Below, in pieces: positions 38,557 through 47,806 of a DNA stretch of 64,000 nt. A program made the translations under genes and the position numbers. This DNA comes from Bacteriovoracaceae bacterium. Its GTDB lineage: Bacteria; Bdellovibrionota; Bacteriovoracia; Bacteriovoracales; Bacteriovoracaceae. The notes under the pieces were generated by a model. That model worked only from the letters and a program-made list of their open reading frames with translations, was not told where the DNA came from and searched no databases. The stretch is from the NCBI GenBank assembly GCA_965217035.1, contig OZ244226.1, positions 2,896,146 to 2,960,145 of the forward strand. Reading direction: 5' to 3'. Positions within the stretch are counted from its first letter, which is position 1. Every line of letters starts with the position of its first letter.

Positions 38557-39333
38557 ATGAGCGGAAGAAAATTTGGAATTAAGAAAAGACCACTCGGTTA
38601 TACCATACTCTCGATTCTTTTTTTGATTGAACCGATTATTAAAATCGTTCACTTAAAAATTGTTACGGGTTTTTCCATTTCAGTACTTATTAATACGATT
38701 CTTGGATGGAAAAACATGATTCAAGTCGTTGAGTACTTCCTCCTTTTTCCATTGGCCGGAGTTGCTCTTTTTAAAATCCGTCGATTTTCTTATGTTCTTC
38801 TTATTATGATTCAGGTTTATGGCCTTTTAAAGATCTTCTCTTTTGAACCCTATTCATGGCCATATTTTACCAAAGAGCCGATTCTTCTGATTTTGGGATT
38901 TGTTGTTGTTAATCTTTTTGTTCTTCTTTATCTTTTACACCCTCAAAATCGGAAACCTTTTTTCGATGCCACTATACGATGGTGGGAAAGTAAAACAAGA
39001 TATATGGTAGACTTCCCGTGCCAATGTCATTCTGTCACAACGGAAGGAGAAGTCGGTAAAGAGAGTTTTGATTTGAAGGTTCTTAATATTTCCCAAAGTG
39101 GTGCTTTTATTAAAGGTGACCAATACAAAAAAGGTGATCAAGTTCAGCTTTCTTTTCAACTTTTGGATAAGCTATATTCACTAAATGGAACTGTTATGAG
39201 TGTTCACCCATTTAAAGATTCTATGGGGATGGGGATTCAGTTTAAAACTCCGGGCTTTAGCTTATTCTCAAATATTGGTCTTATTTTTGATCTTAAGAAG
39301 GCTGGGTATAAACCTGTCGAAGGAAGAAGCTAA
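38557..39333 (+). CDS. Membrane protein with C-terminal PilZ domain
   Basis: 4 TMs, then RWWE..TRY, NISQSGAFI and MGIQF. Confidence 0.85.
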   Translation: MSGRKFGIKKRPLGYTILSILFLIEPIIKIVHLKIVTGFSISVLINTILGWKNMIQVVEYFLLFPLAGVALFKIRRFSYVLLIMIQVYGLLKIFSFEPYSWPYFTKEPILLILGFVVVNLFVLLYLLHPQNRKPFFDATIRWWESKTRYMVDFPCQCHSVTTEGEVGKESFDLKVLNISQSGAFIKGDQYKKGDQVQLSFQLLDKLYSLNGTVMSVHPFKDSMGMGIQFKTPGFSLFSNIGLIFDLKKAGYKPVEGRS

Positions 39334-39360
39334 TCTTCTAAATTTAGCTCATCTTTATTA

Positions 39361-39481
39361 CCGCCATCGTGACTTGCGAGGTCCATCGAGGACAGCAGTC
39401 CGAGATGTGATATTCCTAAATAGAACAGGATGCGGAGCTAACTAGAGACGTAGGCCTCTCGTTTTCTCGCATTTCGACACG
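39361..39481. ncRNA. Candidate structured RNA of unknown family
   Basis: 62 of 120 nt are G+C in an AT-rich intergenic region. Nested stems CGTG/CACG and TGCGAG/CTCGCA enclose three hairpins. Confidence 0.5.
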
Positions 39482-39498
39482 TAGAAATTAAGGCAAAT

Positions 39499-39678
39499 TT
39501 AATCGTTTTTTTTAGTTTTTTTGACGATAGTACGCTTTGGTTGAAACGACTTTGTCCCATTAAATGAACCCATTGGTCTCAATTTAAAAGGTTTTACAGA
39601 TTCAGAAACGTTGGACTTTTCTTTTCTGATGAAAAGGGTGTTAAGACTATCTAATGTGTTTGGTTTGTTATTATTCAT
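39499..39678 (-). CDS. Small basic protein (59 aa, not in ORF track)
   Basis: MNNNKPNTLDSLNTLFIRKEKSNVSESVKPFKLRPMGSFNGTKSFQPKRTIVKKTKKND; purine-rich GAGAG upstream. Confidence 0.55.
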   Translation of the reverse strand: MNNNKPNTLDSLNTLFIRKEKSNVSESVKPFKLRPMGSFNGTKSFQPKRTIVKKTKKND

Positions 39679-39814
39679 AAGTTTCTCTCATTTTTAGCTA
39701 ATTCAAGCCAAGAACTCAAGGACTTATGTCGTGAGGCTTAACTTGATACTTTAAAATTTAAAGTTGTTAATAAACCACTCCTAGATAGGGTTATTATTAA
39801 GGGGACCTAATACA

Positions 39815-39841
39815 TTATCGTCACATCTCCCAGTCTCCTTA
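39815..39841 (-). promoter_or_regulatory. Sigma28 (FliA)-type promoter
   Basis: TAAG-15 nt-GACGATAA pointing toward the 59-aa ORF and the structured RNA. Confidence 0.55.
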
Positions 39842-39974
39842 ATTATAACACAAAATATCATAAACTTATAAAAATCAAAAAAAACTAATGATTTCATAAA
39901 GTTATACTTTCCTAGTTGGCATGGAATTTGTTTCCAGCTAACACAATGCATTTAAAGGGCCTAAACTGATAACT

Positions 39975-40337
39975 ATGAAAGTTAATAGCAATAATGCAGC
40001 TCTAAGACCCAATTCTCGAAAGCAGAATGCTTTTAGGAAATTGGAGATGATCAAAGCTGAAAGGACCCATCAAAAAAAGCTCAAATCGGCTAAAGCTGAA
40101 AAACCAAAGGCCCTTAATATCGAAGATAAAGTGGAATTAGAGCTTAAGACTAAGGTTCGAGACAAGGAGAAAACTGTTGTCAGTGACGTTGGTCCTAATA
40201 ATCCTAATGATCCCGCTGTTCATGAAAAGCTAAGAGGGTTATTGCAGACAGGAGCCTTTAATTTCAATCCACAAGAAAGAGAAGTCCTGGGACAGATTCT
40301 TTCAGATGTGCCCAATCAAGATCTTGAGAAGGCTTAA
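39975..40337 (+). CDS. Hypothetical protein
   Basis: 120 aa; C-terminal DVGPNNPNDP..EKL..LL..GAFNF...ER..L. Confidence 0.75.
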   Translation: MKVNSNNAALRPNSRKQNAFRKLEMIKAERTHQKKLKSAKAEKPKALNIEDKVELELKTKVRDKEKTVVSDVGPNNPNDPAVHEKLRGLLQTGAFNFNPQEREVLGQILSDVPNQDLEKA

Positions 40338-40377
40338 CGGCTTTACTTCTGCTTCCATTCATAATAAATGACAAGAC

Positions 40378-42030
40378 ATGACGAAGAAAGAAAACGCTTT
40401 GAAGGCCTTCCTTGAAGAGTCTTTAAGTTATAGAAATTTCAAGGATCTAGAAAACCTGATTCAAGATTCAGAGAATTTGGAACATCTTCCTATCTGGCCG
40501 TTATACTTTAGTCTTAAGGAGGGAAGTGGGGATCAACTCATTGAAGCTCTTCCACTTCTTAATAAGAAACAGCGACAAACATTAAGAGATCTTGAAACTT
40601 GGAGTCGAGATCAAATGGACGTCGTTGAATTCGATAAATGGTGTGCTTATATTTTCAGGACGCAAGATTTTAAAGTGATTGCAGATCTTGTCACGGCAAA
40701 AGATTTTCTTGTTTATCTTAAAGGAAGATTTAACATAATAGTTTTTGATCAAGATGATCCCGTTTATCCTGAGCATGATAATTTTTTTATTACAGACGAT
40801 GACCAATTCATTATTGAATATGAGAAGAATTTTTCGTTCGTTCAAGATTTGAAGTCTTTAATCAAGCACTTCTATGCTCATTATGGTGTTGAAATGGCCA
40901 GAGACATTTTAATCAGCCTTATTCCTGAAAGTTTTCTCGGACTTCAAGAGGAAAGCTATATCAATAAAAGGGAGCGATTACGAGAGATCGGTCATATCGA
41001 CTATTATGAAGCTCTAGAGTTAAAGTCGATCTTTACTTTTAAATCTCTTAAGAATTTTGTGGAGAAGAAACTTTCAAAACTTTATAAAGTTCCTGAACAA
41101 GAAGAAGACTTGAACTTAGGACATTATAATAAAGTTATTATCCCATTTCATAATCGATTAGGTTCTCTTTTTGATGAACTCGAGAAAATTCAAGATTCTT
41201 CGAAACATCAGTTCTTACTTTATAATTTCTCATGCCTCATTAATGCTCAGCTTATTTTAAGTGATTCGTTTCGAAAAACTAAAGTTGAATTTACAGAACT
41301 TGGCGATCAATGTAGGCAAAGAGTGAATCTCGGTTTGAGTTATATTCAAAATCTCTACAAGGACCAATTGGGAGGAATTTCTGTTCTTGAATATTTTAAT
41401 TTTTATGATCTTTATAAAATAGGAAATTCATTACTTTTACTCGTTCGTAAAGACTTAAAGAAAGAGCTTGAACAACTTCCTAAAAAGATCGATAGACAAT
41501 TTCTGGGAGATCACTGGACGGTTTTCTTGGAAGATATTTTTGAGAATCAATTTATTCTTAAAGGTCAAAAACAATCTCAACTGGTCGAGGATTATGAGCT
41601 CTATCAAGAACTTGTGATTAGAAAGAACATATTATTGAGTTCGTTGCCAGTAATTACTCAGTTCTATAAAACAGTAGAAGGATTAAAGCTCTCAAATGAT
41701 TCTATCGATATTATTAATATGGATATTGAAGAGTTTGATTTTGAGTCACTTCTTCTCACCCAATTTATTCGTTTTAGCTTGAAACTTGAGGGACAAGGTT
41801 ATTCCATCCCGAGTGCTGAATTTTGGAAATTTCTCGATACTATTTATCTAAATACTGAGAAGCTTAAAAAATTGACTCAAGAATTTTTCTCCAAGTATAG
41901 TCTTGATATCATTAATAATTTTTCTCTTTGGTTTAATGATATTCTTGTTGAGAATTTTGAGTATCTAAAAGAAGAAGATAAAAACTCTGTTAATCTCAAG
42001 TTTATTTCAGGGGTGCTTTTAAGGCCTTAA
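40378..42030 (+). CDS. DUF6178-like protein
   Basis: DLETWSRD, EE.Y..KRERL.E.G..DY.EA pattern; family recognised from memory. Confidence 0.65.
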   Translation: MTKKENALKAFLEESLSYRNFKDLENLIQDSENLEHLPIWPLYFSLKEGSGDQLIEALPLLNKKQRQTLRDLETWSRDQMDVVEFDKWCAYIFRTQDFKVIADLVTAKDFLVYLKGRFNIIVFDQDDPVYPEHDNFFITDDDQFIIEYEKNFSFVQDLKSLIKHFYAHYGVEMARDILISLIPESFLGLQEESYINKRERLREIGHIDYYEALELKSIFTFKSLKNFVEKKLSKLYKVPEQEEDLNLGHYNKVIIPFHNRLGSLFDELEKIQDSSKHQFLLYNFSCLINAQLILSDSFRKTKVEFTELGDQCRQRVNLGLSYIQNLYKDQLGGISVLEYFNFYDLYKIGNSLLLLVRKDLKKELEQLPKKIDRQFLGDHWTVFLEDIFENQFILKGQKQSQLVEDYELYQELVIRKNILLSSLPVITQFYKTVEGLKLSNDSIDIINMDIEEFDFESLLLTQFIRFSLKLEGQGYSIPSAEFWKFLDTIYLNTEKLKKLTQEFFSKYSLDIINNFSLWFNDILVENFEYLKEEDKNSVNLKFISGVLLRP

Positions 42031-42419
42031 TCTATTTCTTTAAAATGAGCATTGAATATGGCGGATAGAGAGCGGTTTATAAGAGAATCATTTGAAAGGC
42101 TTTTATTAATAATTTTTTCTAGGAAAACTTCATTCTCTATCTCTAAGTTTTTAATACTCTGTTCCGATTGATCGAACTTTTCGAGCATTTTCAGTTTTTG
42201 CTGAAAGAGATCAGAAATTTTAGAAATTCTTTGATAATTATTTACAAGAAATGATTGGATTTTCCCTTCATCGCTTTTATCCATACTCGTATTTTTATGA
42301 ATATGGATATTATGTGATTGAATGAACTCTTCAAATCCTGCAAGTGGATTGACCTCTTCTTTCTTGTTCTCTGGTTCTAGAATATCAAGAAGATTCTGTT
42401 TCGGATCTTTTTTGGGCAT
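42027..42419 (-). CDS. Hypothetical protein
   Basis: 130-aa ORF. Confidence 0.7.
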   Translation of the reverse strand: MPKKDPKQNLLDILEPENKKEEVNPLAGFEEFIQSHNIHIHKNTSMDKSDEGKIQSFLVNNYQRISKISDLFQQKLKMLEKFDQSEQSIKNLEIENEVFLEKIINKSLSNDSLINRSLSAIFNAHFKEID

Positions 42420-42903
42420 AAGAAGCCTTCATGTTGGAAAAGAGTTTTTTATAATATTGATTTTTGAGTGTTAATAAATGCACTTTGCGATTATTTTTTG
42501 CATACTCTCTGATCTTTTGATAACTCTCTTTTCGATTATCGTATTCAAGAGTTTTTTCTGCCGAAATATTTAAGCGAGAAATTTGAGTATGAATTCGAGT
42601 TGGTCTTTTCTCTTTATCAAAAAAGAACTGAAGTACATCTCTCTTTCTTTGGAAAGTATGAATCTTTGATCCTTTTAAAACTTGTTTTGACAAAAAATAA
42701 ATAGGATAGGGAAGACTGAAATCTTCAACCTTTAATTCTAGATACTTTTGAATAGAACTCATAACGGGTAGAGGTCCTTCAAGACCGAGAACGTTAATCA
42801 AGTAAGGGTTGTAGCGGTTGTCTACTTCTTGAAGAACTTTCTTTATACTTGATAGGTTTTCCTCGGTGACAACAATTTCTTGATAGAAGGGAATGTTTCT
42901 CAT
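42385..42903 (-). CDS. Hypothetical protein
   Basis: 172-aa ORF. Confidence 0.75.
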   Translation of the reverse strand: MRNIPFYQEIVVTEENLSSIKKVLQEVDNRYNPYLINVLGLEGPLPVMSSIQKYLELKVEDFSLPYPIYFLSKQVLKGSKIHTFQRKRDVLQFFFDKEKRPTRIHTQISRLNISAEKTLEYDNRKESYQKIREYAKNNRKVHLLTLKNQYYKKLFSNMKASYAQKRSETESS

Positions 42904-42953
42904 TCTTCTTATATGGTATTATGAATATGAATGCTGAACAAGGGATACCTTAG

Positions 42954-43652
42954 ATGATGATCAATTTTCCTTTTTTAAAACTTCCTGGGAGCTTTGTAGA
43001 GCTTTTAAAGGAAGATTTTAGAGACGGGACTGCCCAGGATAAAATGGTTAGCTCATTTTTGAGTGAGAATTCGGCAATTCGAATTTTAGTTGAGCAAGAT
43101 AGTTGGGAAATGAATGAGTCTCATAATACCACCTCGTTGATCAAATCTTATGGTTGGAAACTGATACGTGATAAAATTGCGATTCTTTATCTTAATAAGT
43201 TTGAGTTTGGAACCTATGAGGTGAGACATGAGGATAATTACTTCTTAAAAGACATTCTTGAAATGGAAGATCTCTTTTACTCCTTCAGCACGAGTGGGAA
43301 TTCTCGTCTTTTCTTATTAGGTCTTTATTTAAGAATGGCAGAATTCGAACTTGCTCGAAAAATGGGGAATTCGGATACTAATCTCGTCAAAGAAACTCGT
43401 GAAACATTAGAGTTCTTAAGGCTCAGATCATCTAAAAATACTCGAATCGATTGGTTAATTTTAAGTACTCTGCATTTTATTGGTTTTTTTGGGGCCGATG
43501 AGTTTACCCATACTCTGGTTAAAGCTAATTATGAATACCAACAGCTTTATGAAATGTTGGATGAAACCTATAAAAAAAGTATGTTACATAATCTGATTAA
43601 TTATGGTTCTTCCATTGATGATGAATATGTTCTTTTAAATGATATTAATTAG
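42954..43652 (+). CDS. Hypothetical helical protein (possibly HDOD-like)
   Basis: 232 aa; YGW..IRD.IA and RLFLLG patterns. Confidence 0.7.
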   Translation: MMINFPFLKLPGSFVELLKEDFRDGTAQDKMVSSFLSENSAIRILVEQDSWEMNESHNTTSLIKSYGWKLIRDKIAILYLNKFEFGTYEVRHEDNYFLKDILEMEDLFYSFSTSGNSRLFLLGLYLRMAEFELARKMGNSDTNLVKETRETLEFLRLRSSKNTRIDWLILSTLHFIGFFGADEFTHTLVKANYEYQQLYEMLDETYKKSMLHNLINYGSSIDDEYVLLNDIN

Positions 43653-43661
43653 GAGATCTTA

Positions 43662-43886
43662 ATGAAATCAAGAATTTATCTTTGTTTGTTATCTTTTACT
43701 TTTCTTTTCTCTGCATTCTCAAAAGATGAAAAAACAAAAATTCGAAAACCTTCTAGTGAAACAGGTGAATTTACTTGCTTGAATGCACAAGATGATGAAA
43801 GTGTCGAAAATTGGTTGAACCGTAGCTGTGACAAAGAAAAAACTGTTGTCGGGAGTAGTGGGATCTTCTGCTGTATTCAAAAATAA
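43662..43886 (+). CDS. Small secreted 4-Cys protein
   Basis: Signal peptide, RKPSS, C..C..CC; SD AGGAG. Confidence 0.75.
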   Translation: MKSRIYLCLLSFTFLFSAFSKDEKTKIRKPSSETGEFTCLNAQDDESVENWLNRSCDKEKTVVGSSGIFCCIQK

Positions 43887-43889
43887 TTT

Positions 43890-44927
43890 CTAATACGACA
43901 AAGATTGAAAAAACTTCACTGCACTTCGCACATTTTCTTCTGGCGTTTTGACGAGAACACCATGACCGAGTCCTGCGATCCATCGATCCATATCAACTCC
44001 AGATTCATAGACTCTTGTCTTTAAATTTTCTAAGTTTGAAAGAAGATCTTCATTAGAGAGATGTAACCAAACCGGATCAATATTTCCTTGAACATAATAG
44101 TCCTTACCAAATTCTTTTAGAGCTTTAACAAGATCCATTCGCCAGTCGATCCCAAGAACATCAAGTTCATCACTTTCTATCGCTTTCAAATAATCCAGAT
44201 GAGTTAGCTTGGAATAATAAACAATCTTTTTTTCAGGAAATTGAGACTTAATTGTTTTAAAAATATTTCTCATAACTGGGATAATAAAACGTTGAAAGTC
44301 TTCAAAACAAAGCTCTCCAACGGCCGTGTCAAAAAGACATATGGCATCAGCCCCAGCTTCTAACTGGACCTTGATATTTTTTAAAAGTTCAGGAAGTAAG
44401 AGTTCATTGAATTTTTGGAATCGACCATCATAAAGGCCTTGCTTGGAGCTAACAAGATTTCCCTTATGCGCCCCCTCGGTTGCATAGGTATAAAGAGTGA
44501 AGGGCGCCCCTACAAATCCTAATAAACTTTTTTCTGAAGGAAGTTTTTCCTTAAGGTATTTCAAGGTATCGACTTGAAAATTATAAAAGGTATCTGAAGA
44601 TTCAAGAACTTTTAATTTTTTGAAGTCATCATGAGATTGAAGTTGAAACTCGAGAGTCGGTGGCCCACTTTTATAACTTAAACCCATGTTTAATTGTTCA
44701 AGAGGGAAGAGAAGGTCTGAAAACATAATGGCCGCATCAAAACCAAAATCTTCTATCGGTCCCATGGTCACTTCACAGGCGAGTTTTGCATCCTTACAAA
44801 GAGTCATAAAATCATAGGTTTTTTTTAAGTTTTGATAATGCCAATGATAGCGACCTGCTTGTCGCATAAACCATACTGGCATATGTTTTTTTCCATTAGA
44901 CTCAATTCGATCATTAAAAAGACCCAT
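43890..44927 (-). CDS. hemE: Uroporphyrinogen decarboxylase
   Basis: PVWFMRQAGRY, AAIMFSDL, GFVGAPFTL, QGNIDP, LGHG. Start at ATG 44927 (TAATG overlap). Confidence 0.97.
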   Translation of the reverse strand: MGLFNDRIESNGKKHMPVWFMRQAGRYHWHYQNLKKTYDFMTLCKDAKLACEVTMGPIEDFGFDAAIMFSDLLFPLEQLNMGLSYKSGPPTLEFQLQSHDDFKKLKVLESSDTFYNFQVDTLKYLKEKLPSEKSLLGFVGAPFTLYTYATEGAHKGNLVSSKQGLYDGRFQKFNELLLPELLKNIKVQLEAGADAICLFDTAVGELCFEDFQRFIIPVMRNIFKTIKSQFPEKKIVYYSKLTHLDYLKAIESDELDVLGIDWRMDLVKALKEFGKDYYVQGNIDPVWLHLSNEDLLSNLENLKTRVYESGVDMDRWIAGLGHGVLVKTPEENVRSAVKFFQSLSY

Positions 44928-45631
44928 TATATTTCCTTTTCTAGTTTGTAACCAATTCCACGGACAGAGGTAATTCTTATTTTTCCTATTTTTGAGCTCT
45001 CGCTCCATTTTCTCAGCTTTACAATATAATTATCGACTGTTCTATTTGATGGGAAGCTTTCCTTACCCCAAACTTCATCAATAATATCATCACGGCTTAC
45101 AACTTTATTAAAATTGAGATGCAATATCTTCAATATGGCACATTCTTTTTGAGAAAGAGAAATGATTCCTCCATTTCCTAGCTTCGCCTGGTATTGTTTG
45201 AAGTAAATGGCGAGATCATCATAAACAACTTCATTAGGGATTTCGAGGATATCTTTTTGTATCTTCAAAACTCTGTCTAACCTTAAGGTTAACTCTCTCA
45301 ATTCAAAAGGCTTAGTTATATAATCATTGGCCCCAACTTCAAGTCCTTCGAGTCGCGTATTAGGATCATTTTGAGCAGAAAGAAAAAAGAGGACAGCTTC
45401 AGGTTTTTCTTTTCTAAATTCTTTGGCAAGATCGATTCCTGACCCATCGGGGAGACCAATATCGAGTAAAATAATACTTATATTCTCTTTGTGATCCTTG
45501 AGAGTCTTACGAGCTTCTTCACAAGTCTTGGCCCAATGGCATTGGTATTGCTTGGAGTTAAGATATTCTTGAAGAGTTTCTCCGAGCGTCTTTTCATCTT
45601 CTACTAAGAGAATATGATAATTATTCATCAT
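44927..45631 (-). CDS. OmpR-family response regulator
   Basis: LLVEDE, LLDIGLPDG, DYITKPF, RTVDNYI..LRK, VRGIGY. Confidence 0.95.
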   Translation of the reverse strand: MMNNYHILLVEDEKTLGETLQEYLNSKQYQCHWAKTCEEARKTLKDHKENISIILLDIGLPDGSGIDLAKEFRKEKPEAVLFFLSAQNDPNTRLEGLEVGANDYITKPFELRELTLRLDRVLKIQKDILEIPNEVVYDDLAIYFKQYQAKLGNGGIISLSQKECAILKILHLNFNKVVSRDDIIDEVWGKESFPSNRTVDNYIVKLRKWSESSKIGKIRITSVRGIGYKLEKEI

Positions 45632-46547
45632 TTTCCCTTTGAGCAGAAAAGTTTAATTTAAATGAAAGATGATTTTGAGGCGAAACCTTTATTTGGAAAT
45701 GCCCTCCCATTTGTTCCATCAATCTTTTAATCAAATAAAGTCCGATCCCACTTCCTTGATGTGAGTTCCATTTATAGAAGAGTAATCCCAGTTTCTGAGC
45801 ATCTCCAGTAAACTCTACAGGACTTGATTCTTGATAGAGAAGACTTACAAATTTTTTCTCATTATTTATCGTGAAATGAATTTCAAGAGGTCGAGTGGAG
45901 TTATGTTTAAGTGAGTTTTGTATGAGATTATTGAGAATAACTTTAAGAGCATAGTCATCAGTTCGGATATCATCATTTTGAGCTTTATTGTTAATGATTA
46001 TCTTTATGTCTTCTCCTGTTGGGATTTCTAAGCTTCTTAAATATCGATTTAAGTTGAGAGAATGGAGATTGAGTTTCCCAACATCTTCTGTTCTTGAAAG
46101 TTGGAGCATTTTATCAAATTCTTGTTCAAGTTCTCGACTTCCTCTAAGAAGTCTTTCGACATTCTTCTCAATGTTTTCATTTTTAATAGTTTCAAACTGT
46201 TCTTTAATAATTTCAGATTGCATCCGAATACTTGCTAGCGGAGTCTTGAGTTCATGAGTAAGCGAAGCAAAGAAGGCCCGGATGGCCTGAGACTTTTTAA
46301 GGTCTCTGTAAAAAAGATAGAAAACAGTAATCGTTAATAGGGTGAGAAGACAGAAAAAAAAGAGTCCTTCCCATTTGAGCATTTTATAAAGATTACTTTG
46401 AAGTGGAATCTTATTAAGTTCAAGAAGTTTTGCTAGCTTTATCACGAGGTAAAGCCACCAGGCTCCAAGAGCGAGCGTCGTTGCAAGCCATGTCCCGGTG
46501 CTTATATAAAGCCATTTTCTTGTTTTATTAAGTTTACTTAATTCCAA
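45621..46547 (-). CDS. Sensor histidine kinase with a short extracytoplasmic loop
   Basis: 2 TMs, THELKTPL, NLIQNS, GSGIGL. Confidence 0.93.
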   Translation of the reverse strand: MELSKLNKTRKWLYISTGTWLATTLALGAWWLYLVIKLAKLLELNKIPLQSNLYKMLKWEGLFFFCLLTLLTITVFYLFYRDLKKSQAIRAFFASLTHELKTPLASIRMQSEIIKEQFETIKNENIEKNVERLLRGSRELEQEFDKMLQLSRTEDVGKLNLHSLNLNRYLRSLEIPTGEDIKIIINNKAQNDDIRTDDYALKVILNNLIQNSLKHNSTRPLEIHFTINNEKKFVSLLYQESSPVEFTGDAQKLGLLFYKWNSHQGSGIGLYLIKRLMEQMGGHFQIKVSPQNHLSFKLNFSAQRENDE

Positions 46548-47806
46548 AGTTGTTCTTCCAATCTTCCTAAGATCTTATCATCGTGGGCAACACTCATAAA
46601 ACCAACTTCATAAGGGTTAGGGGAGAAATAAACTCCTTTCGCTAATAAAACTTTTTGGAGAGGATTAAACCTTTCAAAAAGTGTTCCTGGTATTTCTCCG
46701 ATTTGTTGAATCTTATTTGATGTCGGCACCACCCAGAAAAGAGATTGATAGTTCACCATTTCATAGTCCTGGAACTCGCCCTCATTATACTCTTTAAACC
46801 ATTTTAAGAAGATATCTCTATTTTTATTATTTTGAACTTCAAGACATTCGTAAAAACCTTCATGAGCAATAATTTTTAAAGTTTCAAGTCCTGCGCACAT
46901 GGCGACAGGATTAGCACTGAGAGTTCCTGCCTGATAAACATTTCCAATTGGGGCAAGGTTTTCCATGATGTTCTTTTTTGCTCCAATCGCTCCAACCGGC
47001 ATTCCTCCTCCAATAATTTTTCCATAAGTGACGATATCAGGAATGATCCCTGTTATTTCGGCCATTCCTCCGAAGGCAACACGGAAACCAGAAATGACTT
47101 CATCAAAAATAAGAAGGGCATCATTATTTTTCGTAAGAGCAGCAACTTCTTTGAGGTAGTTGAGTTCTTGAGGAAGGAGTCCGTTATTGGCTGGGAGCGG
47201 TTCGATAATAACTCCGGCAATATCATTTTGATCAGCAAAACATTTTTTGAGCTGCTCAATATCATTAAGCTCTATAATAAGAGTATCAGCAGCACAGTTT
47301 GGAGTTATTCCGGAACTACTTGCTTCAGAAGTTCCAGCGAGTCCTGAACCAGCCTTAATAAGCATTGAATCAACATGGCCGTGATAACAACCATTGAATT
47401 TTATAATCTTTGATTTGCCAGTGACTCCTCGACAGAGTCTAAGAGCAGTCATGACGGCCTCAGTCCCTGAGTTTACAAATCGAATTTGATCCACGAAATC
47501 AAGACGATCTGTAATAAACTTAGCGAGGTCATAAGAATATTTTTCACAAGCTCCAAAACTCCAGCCCCTATGAACAGATTCAATGATTTTTTCTTTTACT
47601 TGAGGGTGTGAATGACCAAGAATCAAGGGACCAAAACTCATGCAATAATCAATATACTCTTTCCCTTCTTCATCAGTGATGATGGTCCCATGAGCTTCTT
47701 TTATAAACCTCGGATCTTCATCAAGTCCTTTAAAGCTTCTTACGGGAGAGTGAACTCCACCAGGTGTCACTTGTTTGGTTTTTTCAAAAAGTTCGCTATT
47801 ATTCAT
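46538..47806 (-). CDS. hemL: Glutamate-1-semialdehyde 2,1-aminomutase
   Basis: PGGVHSPVR, NSGTEA, GCYHGH, FDEVISGFR, GKIIGGG. Confidence 0.97.
   Translation of the reverse strand: MNNSELFEKTKQVTPGGVHSPVRSFKGLDEDPRFIKEAHGTIITDEEGKEYIDYCMSFGPLILGHSHPQVKEKIIESVHRGWSFGACEKYSYDLAKFITDRLDFVDQIRFVNSGTEAVMTALRLCRGVTGKSKIIKFNGCYHGHVDSMLIKAGSGLAGTSEASSSGITPNCAADTLIIELNDIEQLKKCFADQNDIAGVIIEPLPANNGLLPQELNYLKEVAALTKNNDALLIFDEVISGFRVAFGGMAEITGIIPDIVTYGKIIGGGMPVGAIGAKKNIMENLAPIGNVYQAGTLSANPVAMCAGLETLKIIAHEGFYECLEVQNNKNRDIFLKWFKEYNEGEFQDYEMVNYQSLFWVVPTSNKIQQIGEIPGTLFERFNPLQKVLLAKGVYFSPNPYEVGFMSVAHDDKILGRLEEQLWN

Noticed and set aside
39378..39400. GAGGTCC-ATCGA-GGACAGCAG resembles SRP RNA helix 8
   Set aside because: There is no GNRA tetraloop and the symmetric loop register does not match, so it is not called as SRP.
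39340..39810. c-di-GMP-I (GEMM) riboswitch as in merRNA
   Set aside because: No GCAAAC...GCAAAG core or GNRA/receptor pattern was found on either strand.
39917..39931. Sigma54-like TGGCAT-GGAAT-TTGT upstream of 39975
   Set aside because: The near-invariant -12 GC is GT, and a leaderless sigma70 -10 already explains the gene.
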